From NCBI RefSeq assembly GCF_001447785.1, contig NW_015170393.1, positions 1 to 64,000 on the forward strand: DNA of 64,000 nucleotides, given 5' to 3'. Below, piece after piece: positions 1 to 11,683 of this stretch. The notes beneath the pieces were generated by a model that saw only the letters and a program-made list of their open reading frames with translations, had not been told where the DNA came from and ran no database searches. Source of the stretch: Gekko japonicus (lineage: Eukaryota). The position numbers and the translations under genes were made by a program. Position 1 is the first letter of the stretch; each line of letters begins with the position of its first letter.

Positions 1-466
1 GGACCGAAGTGCTCGCGGGGGAACATATCCAATTCCAGCATCCATAGCCTACGTAGTAAGGTACCATGGCTAAAAGTTCCAGCCCAGGCTATGCATATAG
101 AAGATTTTAAAGTTAAATCCTTGGAATTCCCAGTTAGAAGGGCTAATGATAGCAGAGCGGGGGAGGATTTCTCTCTAGCCCCTTGAACTGTCACTGATAG
201 ACTGGATGGACCAGTGTGGTTAGTAGTTAGAGTGCTAGATTATGATCTTGGAGACTCAAGAGACCCTTCCCTTTCATGGAAACTTGCTTGGTGAGCTTGG
301 ATCAGTCACCCAGTCTCAGCCTACATCACAGTCTACAACCTACATCACAGGATTGTTGTGAAGAGAACATGGAAGAGGGGAAAACAGCAGAAGCTGCTTT
401 TGACCACCATTGAGGGAAAGGCAAGATAATACCGATGTGGCTTGATTAATTAAATGATTTGACTCA

Positions 467-910
467 GGGTCAGACTACACATTACGTTTTTTGGTCAGTT
501 GGGTATTCTTTTCCCTGACCTAACTTGCCTTCCTTACAGTCTAAGGACAGCTGCAGGGAGGGTATTTTAATGATCAGAAGAACTCTTTTGGGCTGGGAAT
601 TGCAGCGAGGTGGGAGGAGGGGGTCCCGCCTTCCCTCACCCCATTTTCAGAAGCCGAAACAGTTGCCAACAAGGAATTATTTAGATGCCAAGAAGGTTGG
701 ATAAATATCTCCCTGCTGGGGGGGGGGGCCTTTGCAACCCCTGAAAACAGGAACGGAACCTCCTCCTCAAACCACATTGCTGTTCCCAGCCAAAAAAAAA
801 GTGCTCCTTCTGTCCATTAAAATGACATCCCTGCAGCTGTTGTACGACTGTAAGGAAAGCAAGTTAGACCCAACCCAACCTGCTAAGGAATGTAATGTGT
901 AGTTCGGACC
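467..910. mobile_element. Foldback PIF/Harbinger-like MITE
   Basis: Termini GGTCAGACTACACATTAC and GTAATGTGTAGTTCGGACC, 3-bp TSD TCA, and long internal inverted arms (about 523-630 vs 750-865). Confidence 0.75.
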
Positions 911-982
911 TCAGTGCAAAGTAGTTTTGTGTAATCACCAAGGCCTGATGACTGAAAGTTGTTGACCTCCGCTGTTGAAAAG

Positions 983-1182
983 GCTGTGGCTCGGTGGTAG
1001 AGCATCTACTTGGCATGCAGAAGGGCCAAGGTTCTATCCCTGGCATTCCCAGTTATAGGAGCAGGAGGAAGGTCATGTGAAAGAACTCTGCCTGAAATGC
1101 TGGAGACCCACTGCCAGTCTGAGAAGACAACACTGACCTTGTTGGACCATGGGTATGATGCATCCTGATGCAGCTTCATGCA
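983..1182 (+). mobile_element. tRNA-derived SINE with CR1-like tail. Related copies at about 14199-14665, 36826-36985, 39222-39340, 40170-40247, 55690-55880, 62220-62285
   Basis: A box (TGGCTCGGTGGTAGAGC) and degenerate B box (GGTTCTATCCC), followed by a shared body. Confidence 0.75.
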
Positions 1183-1289
1183 ACCCTGCAATCTCAGTAT
1201 AATATGAACTAATCTTCGGCAGTGTGAGTCTGGAGGTTTTCAGTCCAGGAGATCTGAGATCTAGATCCACTTTTTAAGTTATCCCATCT

Positions 1290-1524
1290 CCTGAAAGAAC
1301 TGGTTTTGTGGTTGCCAGCCTCCAGGTGGGGCCCGGAGATCTCGCACTTTTACAACTGATCTCCAGCTGACAGAGATCAGCTCCCCTGGGGCAAATGGCT
1401 GCTTTGAAGGGTGGACTCTATAGGATTGTACCATGCTGAGGTGCCTTCTCTTCCCAAACCCTGCCCTCTCCTGGATCCACCCCTATAGTCTCCAGGTATT
1501 GTCCAACCCAGACCTGGCAACCCT
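1290..1524. mobile_element. Non-autonomous DNA element with (A)GGGTTGCCA...TGGCAACCCT ends. Copies at 33411-33588, about 48840-48903, 49215-49420
   Basis: Terminal inverted repeats and a shared internal sequence among copies. Confidence 0.65.
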
Positions 1525-1626
1525 AACAAAAAAATTTAATCCCCCTCCCCCATTGTTCATATCAAGAGAAGGCCACTGGCTTTGAACTGTTCATTTGATT
1601 CCATTAAGTGTTGTGTTTGTCATGGT

Positions 1627-1976
1627 GGAGCTGCGGTGGCTCAAGTGGTTAAGACGCTGAACTGCAGGCTGTGGAAGGTCAGTAGTTCAGCAGTTCGAGA
1701 CCCGAATGCGCTGCATGATGCAGTGAGCTCCCGTCTCTAGTTCCAGCTCCTGCCAACCTAGCAGTTCGAAAGCAAGACATTGCAAGTAGATAAATAGGGA
1801 CCACTTTGGTGGGAAAGGAACAGCGTTCAGTGCGTCTTGGTGTTTAGTCATGCCGGCCACATGACCATGGAAATGTCTTCGGACAGCGCTGGCTCTTCGG
1901 CTTTGAAACGGAGATGAGCACCGCAACCCTAGAGTCGGACTCGACTGGCTTTCGAGCAAGGGAGACCTTTACCTTT
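1627..1976 (+). mobile_element. Sauria SINE, full length
   Basis: tRNA-like head, BovB-related 3' end (GAGTCGGACTCGACT), (ACCTTT)n tail, TSD TTTGTCATGGT. Confidence 0.92.
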
Positions 1977-2786
1977 TTTGTCATGGTACCACAGTGCCAC
2001 CTGCAGCATGGCACACAAGCAACAGCCCCTCCCCCAGTAAAAAATAACCCAAAGCCACTTCTTGTTTATCAGCCTCAAGGTCACAGCTGCAGCAATAGAA
2101 ATTTAATTTAAGCCAACAGTGTAATAATGAAACTTCCTGTGGTTTTCACAGAATGACCAAGGGAGGAAACAGGGTCTTCTCCTTCTGTGATGCATAGAAC
2201 TTTACTGCCACCATGTGGTGGACAGCACATGTAATCCTTCTTGCTTCTTTCCTTTCTCTCATATTTTTTTCCCAATGCCCATTTAAAATATTTTTTTTCT
2301 TTGCAAAGGCAGCTGTTGGGACTGCATTTTCTAGGAGAAGAATGTTGGGGGGGGGCTGGAAACTTGAAAAGTCCAAAAGGGCTTCCCCAGGAATCATGGA
2401 TCCTGGAGTTAAACCAACTATGTGGAATGGGAGCTGCACTAAGGGGTGGTATTGGACAAGGCTGAGTGGAAAAGCTGGCTGGATCCAACCCTGTGTTTGG
2501 TTAATGTGGCATCTTTTTAGTTGGGAATTCTGCATCTTAGTTTGGCCTGCCAGGGAATGGAGCTTGGGGTGGATTGTTATTAGCACAAAAAAAAACAAAA
2601 AACAAAAAAACCCAGTCAATAGGAGAAAGAATTAAGAACATACCAAACCCCTTCCCAATGTTGGTCTTACATATTAGTGAGGCCTGGATATCTCCCAAAT
2701 TACAGCTGTTCTCCAGACTGCAGATATCAGTTCACCTGGAGAGAAAAAATGGGTGCTTTGGAAGGTGAAATCTATGGCATTACACC

Positions 2787-3068
2787 CTAGTTTGGTGTCG
2801 TGGTTAAATGCACGGACTCTAATCTGGGAGAATCAATTTTGATTCCCCACTCCTCCACTTGCACTTGCTGGATGCCCTTGGGCAAGCCATAGTTCTGGCA
2901 CAGCTGTTCTTGAAAAAGAGCAGTTTCTGTCAGAGCTCTTTCAGCCTCACCTACCTCACAGGGTGTCTGTTGTGGGGAGGGGAAGGGAAAGGAGTTTGTA
3001 AGCCACTCGGAGACACCTTTGGGTAGTGAAGGGTGGAGTATAAATCCAATCTCGTCTTCTCTTCTTCT
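2787..3068 (+). mobile_element. Squam3-like (Ther1/MIR-related) SINE. Other copies at about 211-425, 14293-14565(-), 18670-18880(-), 31400-31600, 37232-37477, 43050-43260(-), 54200-54360, 60945-61195(-), 62745-62855
   Basis: tRNA-like head (GGTGTAGTGGTTAA...GATTCCCCACTCCTCCAC), core CTCAGCCTCACCTACCTCACAGGGTG and (CTT)n tail. Confidence 0.8.
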
Positions 3069-3913
3069 ACTGAGATTCCTCTACTTCCCAAAACCTACCC
3101 TCCTAAGGCCACCCCTCAAACCTTCAAGAATTCCCCAAGCATGAGCTGGAACCCTGGTATCATCACCTCTGTGCAAGTGTAGCATAACTTAGTGCATATT
3201 TTAGCCTATTGACTACATTTCCCCAAGAACTACTGCCACCATGATGTCCTGTATTCTAAATTTCACCCACCACTGTACTTGTGTTCCCCACGTAATGAAG
3301 CCCTTATCCTCTCCTGAAAAGCTTAAAAAATGTGAGAGAAAATGACCAGTGTTGAATCAATTAGTAAATACTGAGAAATGTTTTCCCATTGCAATTTATA
3401 TGAATGGAAGTCACACTAATACTCTACAAGATTGATTTGTGAGATCCCCAGAAGGCAATCCACAAATGCTAAACAGGAAAGGCCTAAATTCACTCCAGCT
3501 ATGACAGAAAATGAAAGCAATACCTCTGGGAGTTTCTCACAGTTGTAGAGACCACATCTAAAAAATGGAGTCTAGTGTTGCTCATTTTACTAAGCCGTTG
3601 GTGCCATCTACTGGCCAATGTGCACTAGAGCATCCCCCATCTGATTTCTTTCCATTTTACTGGCATCTTATCATATGGCAAGTTCACTGCCAGACTCTTA
3701 ATCTACTACATTTTAAAAGTAGGGCAACCTTAATTTAAAAAAAAAAATCTGAGCTACTAATAAATCTGATTTTCCTGTCTTTCTCTAAAATTATACAAAG
3801 GCACAGGACGGTGAAAGGTGATTGTTGTTGTTTCTCAAGTTAACAGTTTCCTCTGGGTAAGATTCATTCCAGGTTTGATCAGCAGGGGTCTCCACAGACC
3901 TTAAAGCACCTAG

Positions 3914-4229
3914 TAAAGGTTCCCTTGCTCGAAAGCCAGTGGAATCCGACTCTAGGGTTGCGGTGCTCATCTCCGTTTCAAATCTGAAGAGCCAGCGCTG
4001 TCCGAAGACATTTCCGTGGTCATGTGGCCGGCATGACTAAACACCAACACGCACGGAACGCTGTTACCTTCCCACTGAAGTGGTACCTATTTATCTACTT
4101 GCAATTTCTTGGAACTAGAGATGGGAGCTCACTCCATCATGCGGCACACTCGGGTCTCGAACTGCTGAACTACTGACCTTCCACAGCCTGCAGTTCAGCA
4201 TCTTAACCACTTGAGCCACCGCAGCTCCT
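3914..4229 (-). mobile_element. Sauria SINE with an internal deletion
   Basis: Reverse-complement match to 1627-1976. TSD TTAAAGCACCTAG at 3901-3913 and 4230-4242. Confidence 0.92.
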
Positions 4230-4444
4230 TTAAAGCACCTAGGGATCTCCAAACTCAGGCATCGTTCTTATGTGATGCTTGCCAGGTACAAAATATCATT
4301 CTTGAGTCTTGTGGGCATGGATTGCAGAAGTTCATGTGTCTCAGAGCCACAGATCCTGAATCCAGTGATCTTGAATCTCTGACTGATCCTTCCATTTCCA
4401 GTATGGGCCTTATATGCCAGTAACAGTAGTCAAAGCTCCCTTTG

Positions 4445-4852
4445 TCTGGAGCTTTGACTCTTCAAAGTTTTTATCTGGCCTGAAAAATATCCAGCTGTCC
4501 TCAACCAACCTGGTGGAACTCTCTACCAAATGACATCTGTGCCCTGTGGGACCTAGACCAGTTCTGCAGGGCCTGTAAGATAGAAATGTTCTGCCAGGCC
4601 TCTGGTTGAGGAAAGCAACAGGTTTTCATCTAGCCTGGCTCTCCTCTTTCTACCCCCCCCCCCCTCCATGGGGTAAAGATATATATTGTCTCATCTATGG
4701 TGCCATCTGTAAGTTATTACTGTTTTACTGTTTATTGTTTTAATTGTTTTTAAACTTGACTTGTGATGTATTGTGTGGACATGTTGTTCTCTGGCCTGAG
4801 CCCTATTCACAGGGGAGGGTGGTCTAAAAGTCAAATTTATACATAAACATAA
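4445..4852 (+). mobile_element. L2 LINE 3' fragment. Others at about 26163-26490(-), 39465-39990(-), 45520-45640
   Basis: L2-type 3' end (stem-loop GAGCCC...GGGAGGGTGG followed by an AAAT-like tail) shared among copies. Confidence 0.65.
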
Positions 4853-5391
4853 ATATACCCTGAAAACCTTTTCGGTGTCTAAAGTGGTACTGAACACGAA
4901 TCTAGATCTTTTTCTGCAGACCAACACAGATATCCTTCCTACAGTTCTGTGAGGCTACATGAAAAAAGCGTCTGTGTGGATTTTGACCTTGACGACGCAG
5001 CCACAAAAGAGCATCAAGTGATCCTCCAATGAGGGACAGATGTCAGCTACCAATTCTCTCCTTGAAATTTTTTTTTTGGTGTTGTTGCTATTTTAACAAT
5101 GGAGGTGGCAGGGTTGGGGCTGGGACCCAGGTGCGCTTATATCAGTGTAATGATAAGTCTTGCTTACACAGTCCTCTTTTCCCCCATAATCAAATATTTT
5201 GGAGCTATTCAGACAAGCAATAAAACATTCATTTCTAAGGATCAAAACTTGAAAGCAGGCTATTTGAATAAACGTCCCAAACACCTATGATTTATTCATG
5301 GTTGATGTTTACCAGTAAGTCTCTGAGCAAATGAAACAATAGTATCCTCTTTTTCATCATTTACCTGTAAATGTCAATTCATAAGAACATA

Positions 5392-6663
5392 TTGTATAGA
5401 TGGTACATGACCCCAAAAAAGATAGCAAATATTAATAATAGGTCCCGGTCACACGGGCAGGAAACTGCGGGGGGGAAGTGTGGCAGTTTGCCCCGGGGCA
5501 AACTAAGGCGCGGTTACCTGATCAGACCTCCCGTGGAGGTACTGTGGAGGTTCCGTGGGAAAGGAGAGGTGCCGATCGCAGAACAATCCCGCGCGCAAAA
5601 ACGAAGTGCGCGGTGCGGCAAACTGGAAGGGTTTTTTTTGTTTCCACCATGATTGCGCATGCTCCGTTGTGTGCTTTTGCGCATCCACAAAGACTAGAAG
5701 AAAAAAAAAACTTTTTCGCCAGGGAACATGGGCGGGCGCCGGATGCCACCGGAAACGCGATCAGACGCCCGCCCTTGCCCCGCGGTTTCCGGAAACTAGT
5801 ACCTCGGAGGTACTAGTTTTTTGCCGCGTGGTTTCGGCAGGAAGCCTCGTTTGAGCCACGGGAGTGCTACACTTCCCAGATGTGCCGGTGAGATCGCGCC
5901 CCGAAAACCCGCATGTCTTCCGTCTGACTCGCATGGCTAATGTTCCGTGTGACCGCAGCCTTAGTATGTCTAACAAATGTTGGAAATGTAAAAATCATGA
6001 AGGCTCTTTTTATCATATGTGGTGGACTTGTGATAAAGCAGCGAGTTATTGGACACAGGTCCACGCTGAGATACAGAAAATTCTGAAATCAACATTTAAG
6101 AAAGAACCAGAAATTTTACTTCTGGGTCTGAAAATGGAAGAAGTCAATGTGACAAAAAAGACATTGTTATGGTACTTACTGACAACTGCAAGGATGACCT
6201 ATGCTCAATTTTGGAATCAGGATAGAGTGCCAGAGACTTGGGACTTGCTAAAAAAGGTATTATTCATGGCAGAAATGGACAAACTGATAAGGAAATTAAA
6301 TAATAAAGAAGATGAAGAATTCTACGATTGGAAAGACTTTAAAGAGTATATTGAACAAAGATGGGATGCTAAAAATACCTTAATAGGGTTTGAGAGTTAT
6401 TAGAGTGGAATTTAGCAAACTGTATATTTGAAATGTATATGATAAAATGTTACCTAAGGGGAAGTAAGGAAAAAGGGAATTTACAAAGAGGGAAAGATGG
6501 GGTAACAAAGGGAAATCGCACTGTGGGAAGCCATGCAGAGGGGGAGGGAAGGAGTAAAATTAGAAAATGGATATATTTCAAATGTTGTTGATAAAAAAAA
6601 ATTTTTTTGTTAAAATTGTTATATCCTTTAAATAAATAGTTTACATAAAAAAATAAAAAAATA
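5392..6663 (+). mobile_element. 5'-truncated L1 (ORF2 C-terminus, 3'UTR and polyA), interrupted by a MITE
   Basis: YRWYMTPKK...[MITE]...NKCWKCKNHEGSFYHMWWTC (CCHC zinc knuckle), A-rich tail, TSD CATAAGAACATA at 5380-5391 and 6664-6675. Confidence 0.85.
5441..5960. mobile_element. PIF/Harbinger-like MITE, GGCCCCGGTCACAC family, copy A
   Basis: TIRs GGTCCCGGTCACACGG and CCGTGTGACCGCAGCC; CpG-rich; flanks ATA/TTA. Confidence 0.8.
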
Positions 6664-6973
6664 CATAAGAACATAAGAGACGCCAATGTTGGATCAGGCC
6701 AAAGGCCCATCCAGCCCAACACTCTGTATCACACAGTGGCCAGAAATACCAGTGCCATCAGGAGGTCCACCAGTGGGGCCAGGACACTAGAAGCCCTCCC
6801 ACTGTTGACCCCCCAAGCACCAAGAAGACAGAGCATCACTTGCCCCAGAGTCCCTCTCTATACCTTGTGGCTAATAGCCACTGATGGACCTCTGCTCCAT
6901 ATGCTTATCTAGTTCCCTTTTGAAGCCGTCCATGCTTGTAGCCGCCACCACTTCCTGTGGCAGTGAATTCCAT
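6664..6973 (-). mobile_element. CR1 LINE 3' end. Copies at 10877-11200(-), 24465-24705(-), 30015-30183(-), 38101-38415(-), 44710-44872(+), and a different CR1 subfamily at 36544-36810(-)
   Basis: 8-bp terminal microsatellite (TTCTTATG)n or (ATTCTATG)n with a conserved 3'UTR. Confidence 0.85.
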
Positions 6974-7441
6974 GTATTTTTTTTAAAAAAATGTTCATAT
7001 GAAAAGCTGATCAAGAGAAGTACAGGCTCATTGGCAACATTTAACAAGTCAAGTTCGTCACAAAAACAAATATTTTTAAAGAATAATCATTCACAATTAG
7101 CCATGTGCAGAATACCTATCTCCGTATTCAGTCATATGAATTATCATACATTGCTTTGTGTTTCTTTGAGCTGCACTTCTGGGGGATCCCAAGGTACCAC
7201 CTGGCAGTTGGCATCCCTACTACTTGGCCCAGTCCTGCTTTCCAAAATAGAGTTGGTATTGTAGGAGAAGAAAGTCAACATACTTTGTAACAGACAATTG
7301 TGAACAAAAGCCACAAAATGATTGGAGGGACAGGGAGGCAAGCCTGGGACTTCTTTCTTTGAGCATCCTGTCTCTTGTACAAATAATTCGCTGGTTCTGT
7401 GATCTGAGCTCACAGAAAGACAAAAGGGTGTCATTCCTTAC

Positions 7442-7890
7442 TTGGGAACCTCAAACAAGTCTGGCGAATGGTTTTTCCTGAAGTCCAGGTCGCTAAAAGG
7501 TAAATGTAAAGGTTCCCTTGCTCGAAAGCCAGTCGAGTCCGACTCTAGGGTAGCAGTGCTCATCTCCGTTTCAAAGCCGAAGAGCCAGTGCTGTCCGAAG
7601 ACGTTTCCGTGGTCATGTGGCCAGCATGACTAAACACCAAGGTGCACGGAACGCTGTTACCTTCCCACCGAAGTGGTACCTATTTATCTACTTGAAATTT
7701 CTTGCTTTCAAACTGCTAGGTTGGCAGGATCACTAAACGCATAACCAATCTGAGAAACAATCCCACCAAGGAGGAAGACCCCTGGTTGGTAGGACTCATG
7801 CAGGCCAGGGAGGGCATCGCCCAGAGGGCACTTGTCTGCTTTGCTTGCTGTGGCAGTCAGTAGAAGTGGCAAGATCATGAACGCCACCAT
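7442..7890 (-). pseudogene. Vomeronasal type-2 receptor (V2R, class C GPCR) exon 1, disrupted by a Sauria SINE
   Basis: ATG at 7890 in good Kozak context (AAGATGG). Translation MVAFMILPLLLTATASKADKCPLGDALPGLHESYQPGVFLLGGIVSQIGYAFSD-[SINE 7498-7727]-LDFRKNHSPDLFEVP, then a phase-2 donor AA|GTAAGG at 7441. Signal peptide, conserved Cys and YQPG(D)xxxGGI are typical of squamate V2R N-termini. Confidence 0.82.
7498..7727 (-). mobile_element. 5'-truncated Sauria SINE inserted in V2R exon 1
   Basis: Matches the 3' part of the Sauria SINE. Diverged TSD GGTCGCTAAA / GATCACTAAA. Confidence 0.88.
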
Positions 7891-8396
7891 CTTACGGCAA
7901 AATTTCTCTATGGATGCCGGTCCTCCTGGTCTCATCCTCAGTGCAACACAAAAAGTACCTCGCATTGCCAGTGCCCTTTTTACATAGAAACACATCCACC
8001 TTCCTTGCAGCATCAGCTGGATAACAAAGGCCAGCTGAGTGCCAACTGAGCTTGCGAAAGCTCTGATTTCTCTTCCACCTTATCAAAGCAGCTTTGGAGA
8101 GTTCAGACTGACAGAGCCTGTGCCTCTCCTGAGCCTCTTCCCCAAGCTGTAAATGGTGCGGGAGTTTTTTTAATCATCACTGTCTTCCTGGATTACTGAT
8201 CATTTCCTAGCTTTTGTAGAAAATCCTGACCATGAACAAATGACAGTGATTTGGATAATTTCAGGGGCAATAATTGCCGCAATAAGCTTTGAAGCCTGAG
8301 AGGTGCCACAAATTCAAAGTTAGCATGGTTTAATTGATTGTTCCCGATGTGGCCACAAGTTTCTTGTATTTCCTCAGCAGGACCTCTGGTTACCAC

Positions 8397-8602
8397 CAAT
8401 GTTCCCTCTAAGCTGTGGAGTCTTGTGAGCAAAAATTCTACTTTGTGAGCTACTGGCACTAAAGTTGTGAGCAAGCGACTTGGCTGCTGCATAACTTAGT
8501 TGGCTCTGGAGCCATCCTTCCTGAGTTAAGACAAAAATGTGTGCACTGGAGGCTAAAAAACTGTGAGCTAGCTCACACTAACTCAGCTTAGAGGGAACAC
8601 TG
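8397..8602. mobile_element. hAT-superfamily MITE. Copies at 47484-47690 and partial at 46033-46089
   Basis: TIRs CA(A/G)TGTTCCCTCTAAGCTG and CAGCTTAGAGGGAACACTG, perfect 8-bp TSD GTTACCAC. Confidence 0.9.
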
Positions 8603-8999
8603 GTTACCACCTCTGATTTGGGAAATACCTGGAAGATTTCATGGGGGGGGGGGTCCCTGGGGAGGGGANNNNNNNNNNNNNAGGGAAAGATCAGGGATGT
8701 GAGGCCATAAAGTCCACCCTGCAAAGATGCTGTTTACTCCAGTGGAACAGTCTGGAGAACAGCTGCCAGTTAGGGACAATTTCACCCCACATGTGGATCT
8801 TGTCAACCCCAATGGAACAACAGGTAGGTGATTGAGATGTCTTCTGAGTTGACTCACAAGTCGCACCACCATTCCTTTTAAATGGCTTTTGCAAGCCACA
8901 CAGCATCATGAACCTCACGAACCCGAACTAGTTCATGAACTGAGGGAGGTTTATCCTGGTTTGTGGTTCATTTTTTCGTGGAACCCCATGAACCACAAA

Positions 9000-10265
9000 T
9001 CTTCAAAAACCTCAATTGTCCTGATTCCTTTGGGGGACCCTGGAAACCTAGGAATATAAGGGGTAAAACAATCATACAGGTCAAGAGTTTTAAATACCTG
9101 GGAGTGAATTTTCATCACAATCTTAGTTGGGCAACACACAGAACAGAGGCAATTAAAATGGCGAATTGCTGTGTGCTTGCACTTACGCGGTTTTATTATA
9201 CTAAGGGCAATCAGTACGTGCCAGCAGCTATTAAAGTGTTTGTACACCAAACTATTGCTAAGCTCCTCTATGGTATCCCTATTTGGATTACAGCCTTTAA
9301 CAAGGCAGTTGAACAACTGCAATCCAAATTTTTGAGGAAAATTCTGGGGTTGCCTTTGTCTCCTACGCTGCCATTTGTTTGCAGCTCAATCAGAGAAGGT
9401 TGGAGACAAAGGCTTGGATCATCACCTTTAGATTCTGGTTGTGTTTGCATTTTAGATGCACTCATAATAGCCTTGTTGCCTATATGTTGAAAGATTCCCA
9501 TCCCTCTGCCTGGCTCTCGGCTATTGAAAAGAAAATTAATTCTATTGGTTTTAATCTGAATGATTTTGTCACTTTAACAGAGCCGGAGGTTTTTATTCTG
9601 CTTAAGCAGAGACTTATTGATATAGAACTGCAAGAGCTCAGAGCTCTTGCTTCTGGTAGGTGCTCCTCAGTTAGATGGGCCTATCCACTCTCTGGTGCTC
9701 CACCACAATATTTTTTCTCTCTGATATCACCGCAATCGTGCACAGCTTATATTCTAGCACGGTTCAATGTTCTCCCCCCTGCTATTCTTGAGGGGAGATA
9801 TAAGAAAATCCCTTATGCAATTAGATATGCGGATGCAATAAGAGTGAAATAGAAACAGTTGAGCATGTACTTTTATGTTGTAATTTGCTAAATGACATTT
9901 GAGCAAAATTTCTGGAAGTCCCCCTTAGCAAGGTAGTATGCCAACCGGACAGAAGCAAGCTACACTACCTCCTTACTTCTCGAGATTCAGAGATTATTGA
10001 ATTGACTGCCAAGTTCTTTTATGGTCTTATAAAACGGAAAAATGTCCCTGATCATTCTAATTGAGTTCAATGAGTTTGTACAATTTAATTCAAGGTTTTG
10101 TGATTGGGCAAAATTTTATCTTGCTATAATTTAAGCTCATATAAATAGACATACCTTTGTAATGCTTTTAGAAGTTATTCATTTTTCATAAATTTTATAG
10201 GATTGTTTTACCCTAATGGCAACTGTCTAATATTTTATGCCAATAAAAGGTATTTGTTTGTTTGT
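9000..10265 (+). mobile_element. Non-LTR retrotransposon 3' fragment (end of RT plus C-terminal Zn-finger; RTE-X-like), frameshifted
   Basis: FKYLGV RT motif, ARFNVLP..ILEGRY.KIPY..R and ETVEHVLLCC, AATAAA and a (TTTG)n tail. Clade assignment is tentative. Confidence 0.75.
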
Positions 10266-11683
10266 GATTCGTGCCCATCCCCAATTTCGAGATATCCATG
10301 GTGAGCAAACACCACCCAAACAGTTAAGCCCCCAAACTATCTTTTACAGATGTTCCATTTTTGTGTGCGTACTATCAGAGGAGCTCCATTCCTCGGCAGC
10401 TTAAAACAGAACAGCAGACTGTTTTTAAAGTTAGTTGACACTTTTACATAATCCATTCATATGTATGTTCCAGAATAAGAAAATGAAGGGAGTCTTGAAA
10501 GATTCTCTAAAATGCATCTTAAATACCTTTATCAAAATGAAAGCAGTATAAAAACAGACATATGTTTCATTTAAGCTCATACATTGATTGGGATATGTAC
10601 TTTTAAATCAATTTTGAAGCAGTGTTGATTTTTCCAGATCGGTTCCCTGATTTGTCTCAAAACAGCAAATTAGGTTTAGACTCTTGCAGACAGTTGTGTG
10701 GAGGAGACATCTCATGAATTTTACCTGTTTACTTCACCCAATATTTCCTGAGCAATCACTCAAAACCAGCTCTATGCTCATGTTGCATATCATTTACTCA
10801 TTCATTCATCCATCCAAAACATTTCCATGCTGCCTTTCCACCTGATCAGGGTCCCCAGGGCAACAAACACAGGGACATAAGAGAAGCCAATGTTAGATCA
10901 GGCCAATGGCCCATCTAGTCCAACACTCTGTCACACAGTGGCCAAAAACACCAGGTGCCATCTGGAGGTCCAGCAGTGGGGCCAGGACACCAGAAGCCCT
11001 CCCACTGTTGCCTCCCCCCCCAAGCACCAAGAATACAGTGCATCATTTGCCCCAGACTGAGAGCTCCTATCTGTACCTTGTGGCTAATAGCCACTGATGG
11101 ATTTCTGCTCCATATACTTATCTAATTCCCTCTTAAAGCCGTCCATGCTTGTAGTCGCCACCCCCTCCTGTGGCAGTAAATTCTATGTGTTAGTCACTCT
11201 TTGTTATTCACATGAAGCAAATCAAAACATTTGAACAATTAAAAATATATTTAAAACTATCACATACTTAATAAAAACATGTAAACAAGCAACACCAGAA
11301 CCAGGAAGGATGGTCAGTAACCATTACTGGAGGTACACAAAACCTCATCAGTTTATGGCAGAGGGATCCACAGCCTCTGGAATCACAGAATTTGCTTCTC
11401 CCTGACACAAAACCAACTCATAATCACTCAGAAGATCTAAAGGTCCACCCTAACAGCAAGCCTGAATTCAGTCAGATATTTCTTTCCCATGCAGAGAGAG
11501 AGAGAAAATGCATACCTATTTTATGAAGAGGTTAACGGGTTTAAATTTTGACATTCTGACCTAGTTTAATTCCTGGGTTTAGGATTCAGGAAATAACATC
11601 TGAGCTTGATTGCTCAGACTGCCAGCTTTTGTCAGCATATAATTGCTCTGTGACCTTTTCCAACCCAAACCAGCAGCTGGACA

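Noticed and set aside
983-1055. tRNA genes (also at 1627, 14199 and others)
   Set aside because: They are degenerate tRNA-like heads continuing into SINE bodies.
1687-1959. Recurrent ~90-aa ORF family MLESQSSPTLG... (also 28877, 43718, 56843)
   Set aside because: Antisense reading of Sauria SINE copies, not a gene family.
5864-6403. 179-aa zinc-finger protein gene
   Set aside because: Chance fusion of MITE sequence to an L1 ORF2 C-terminal fragment.
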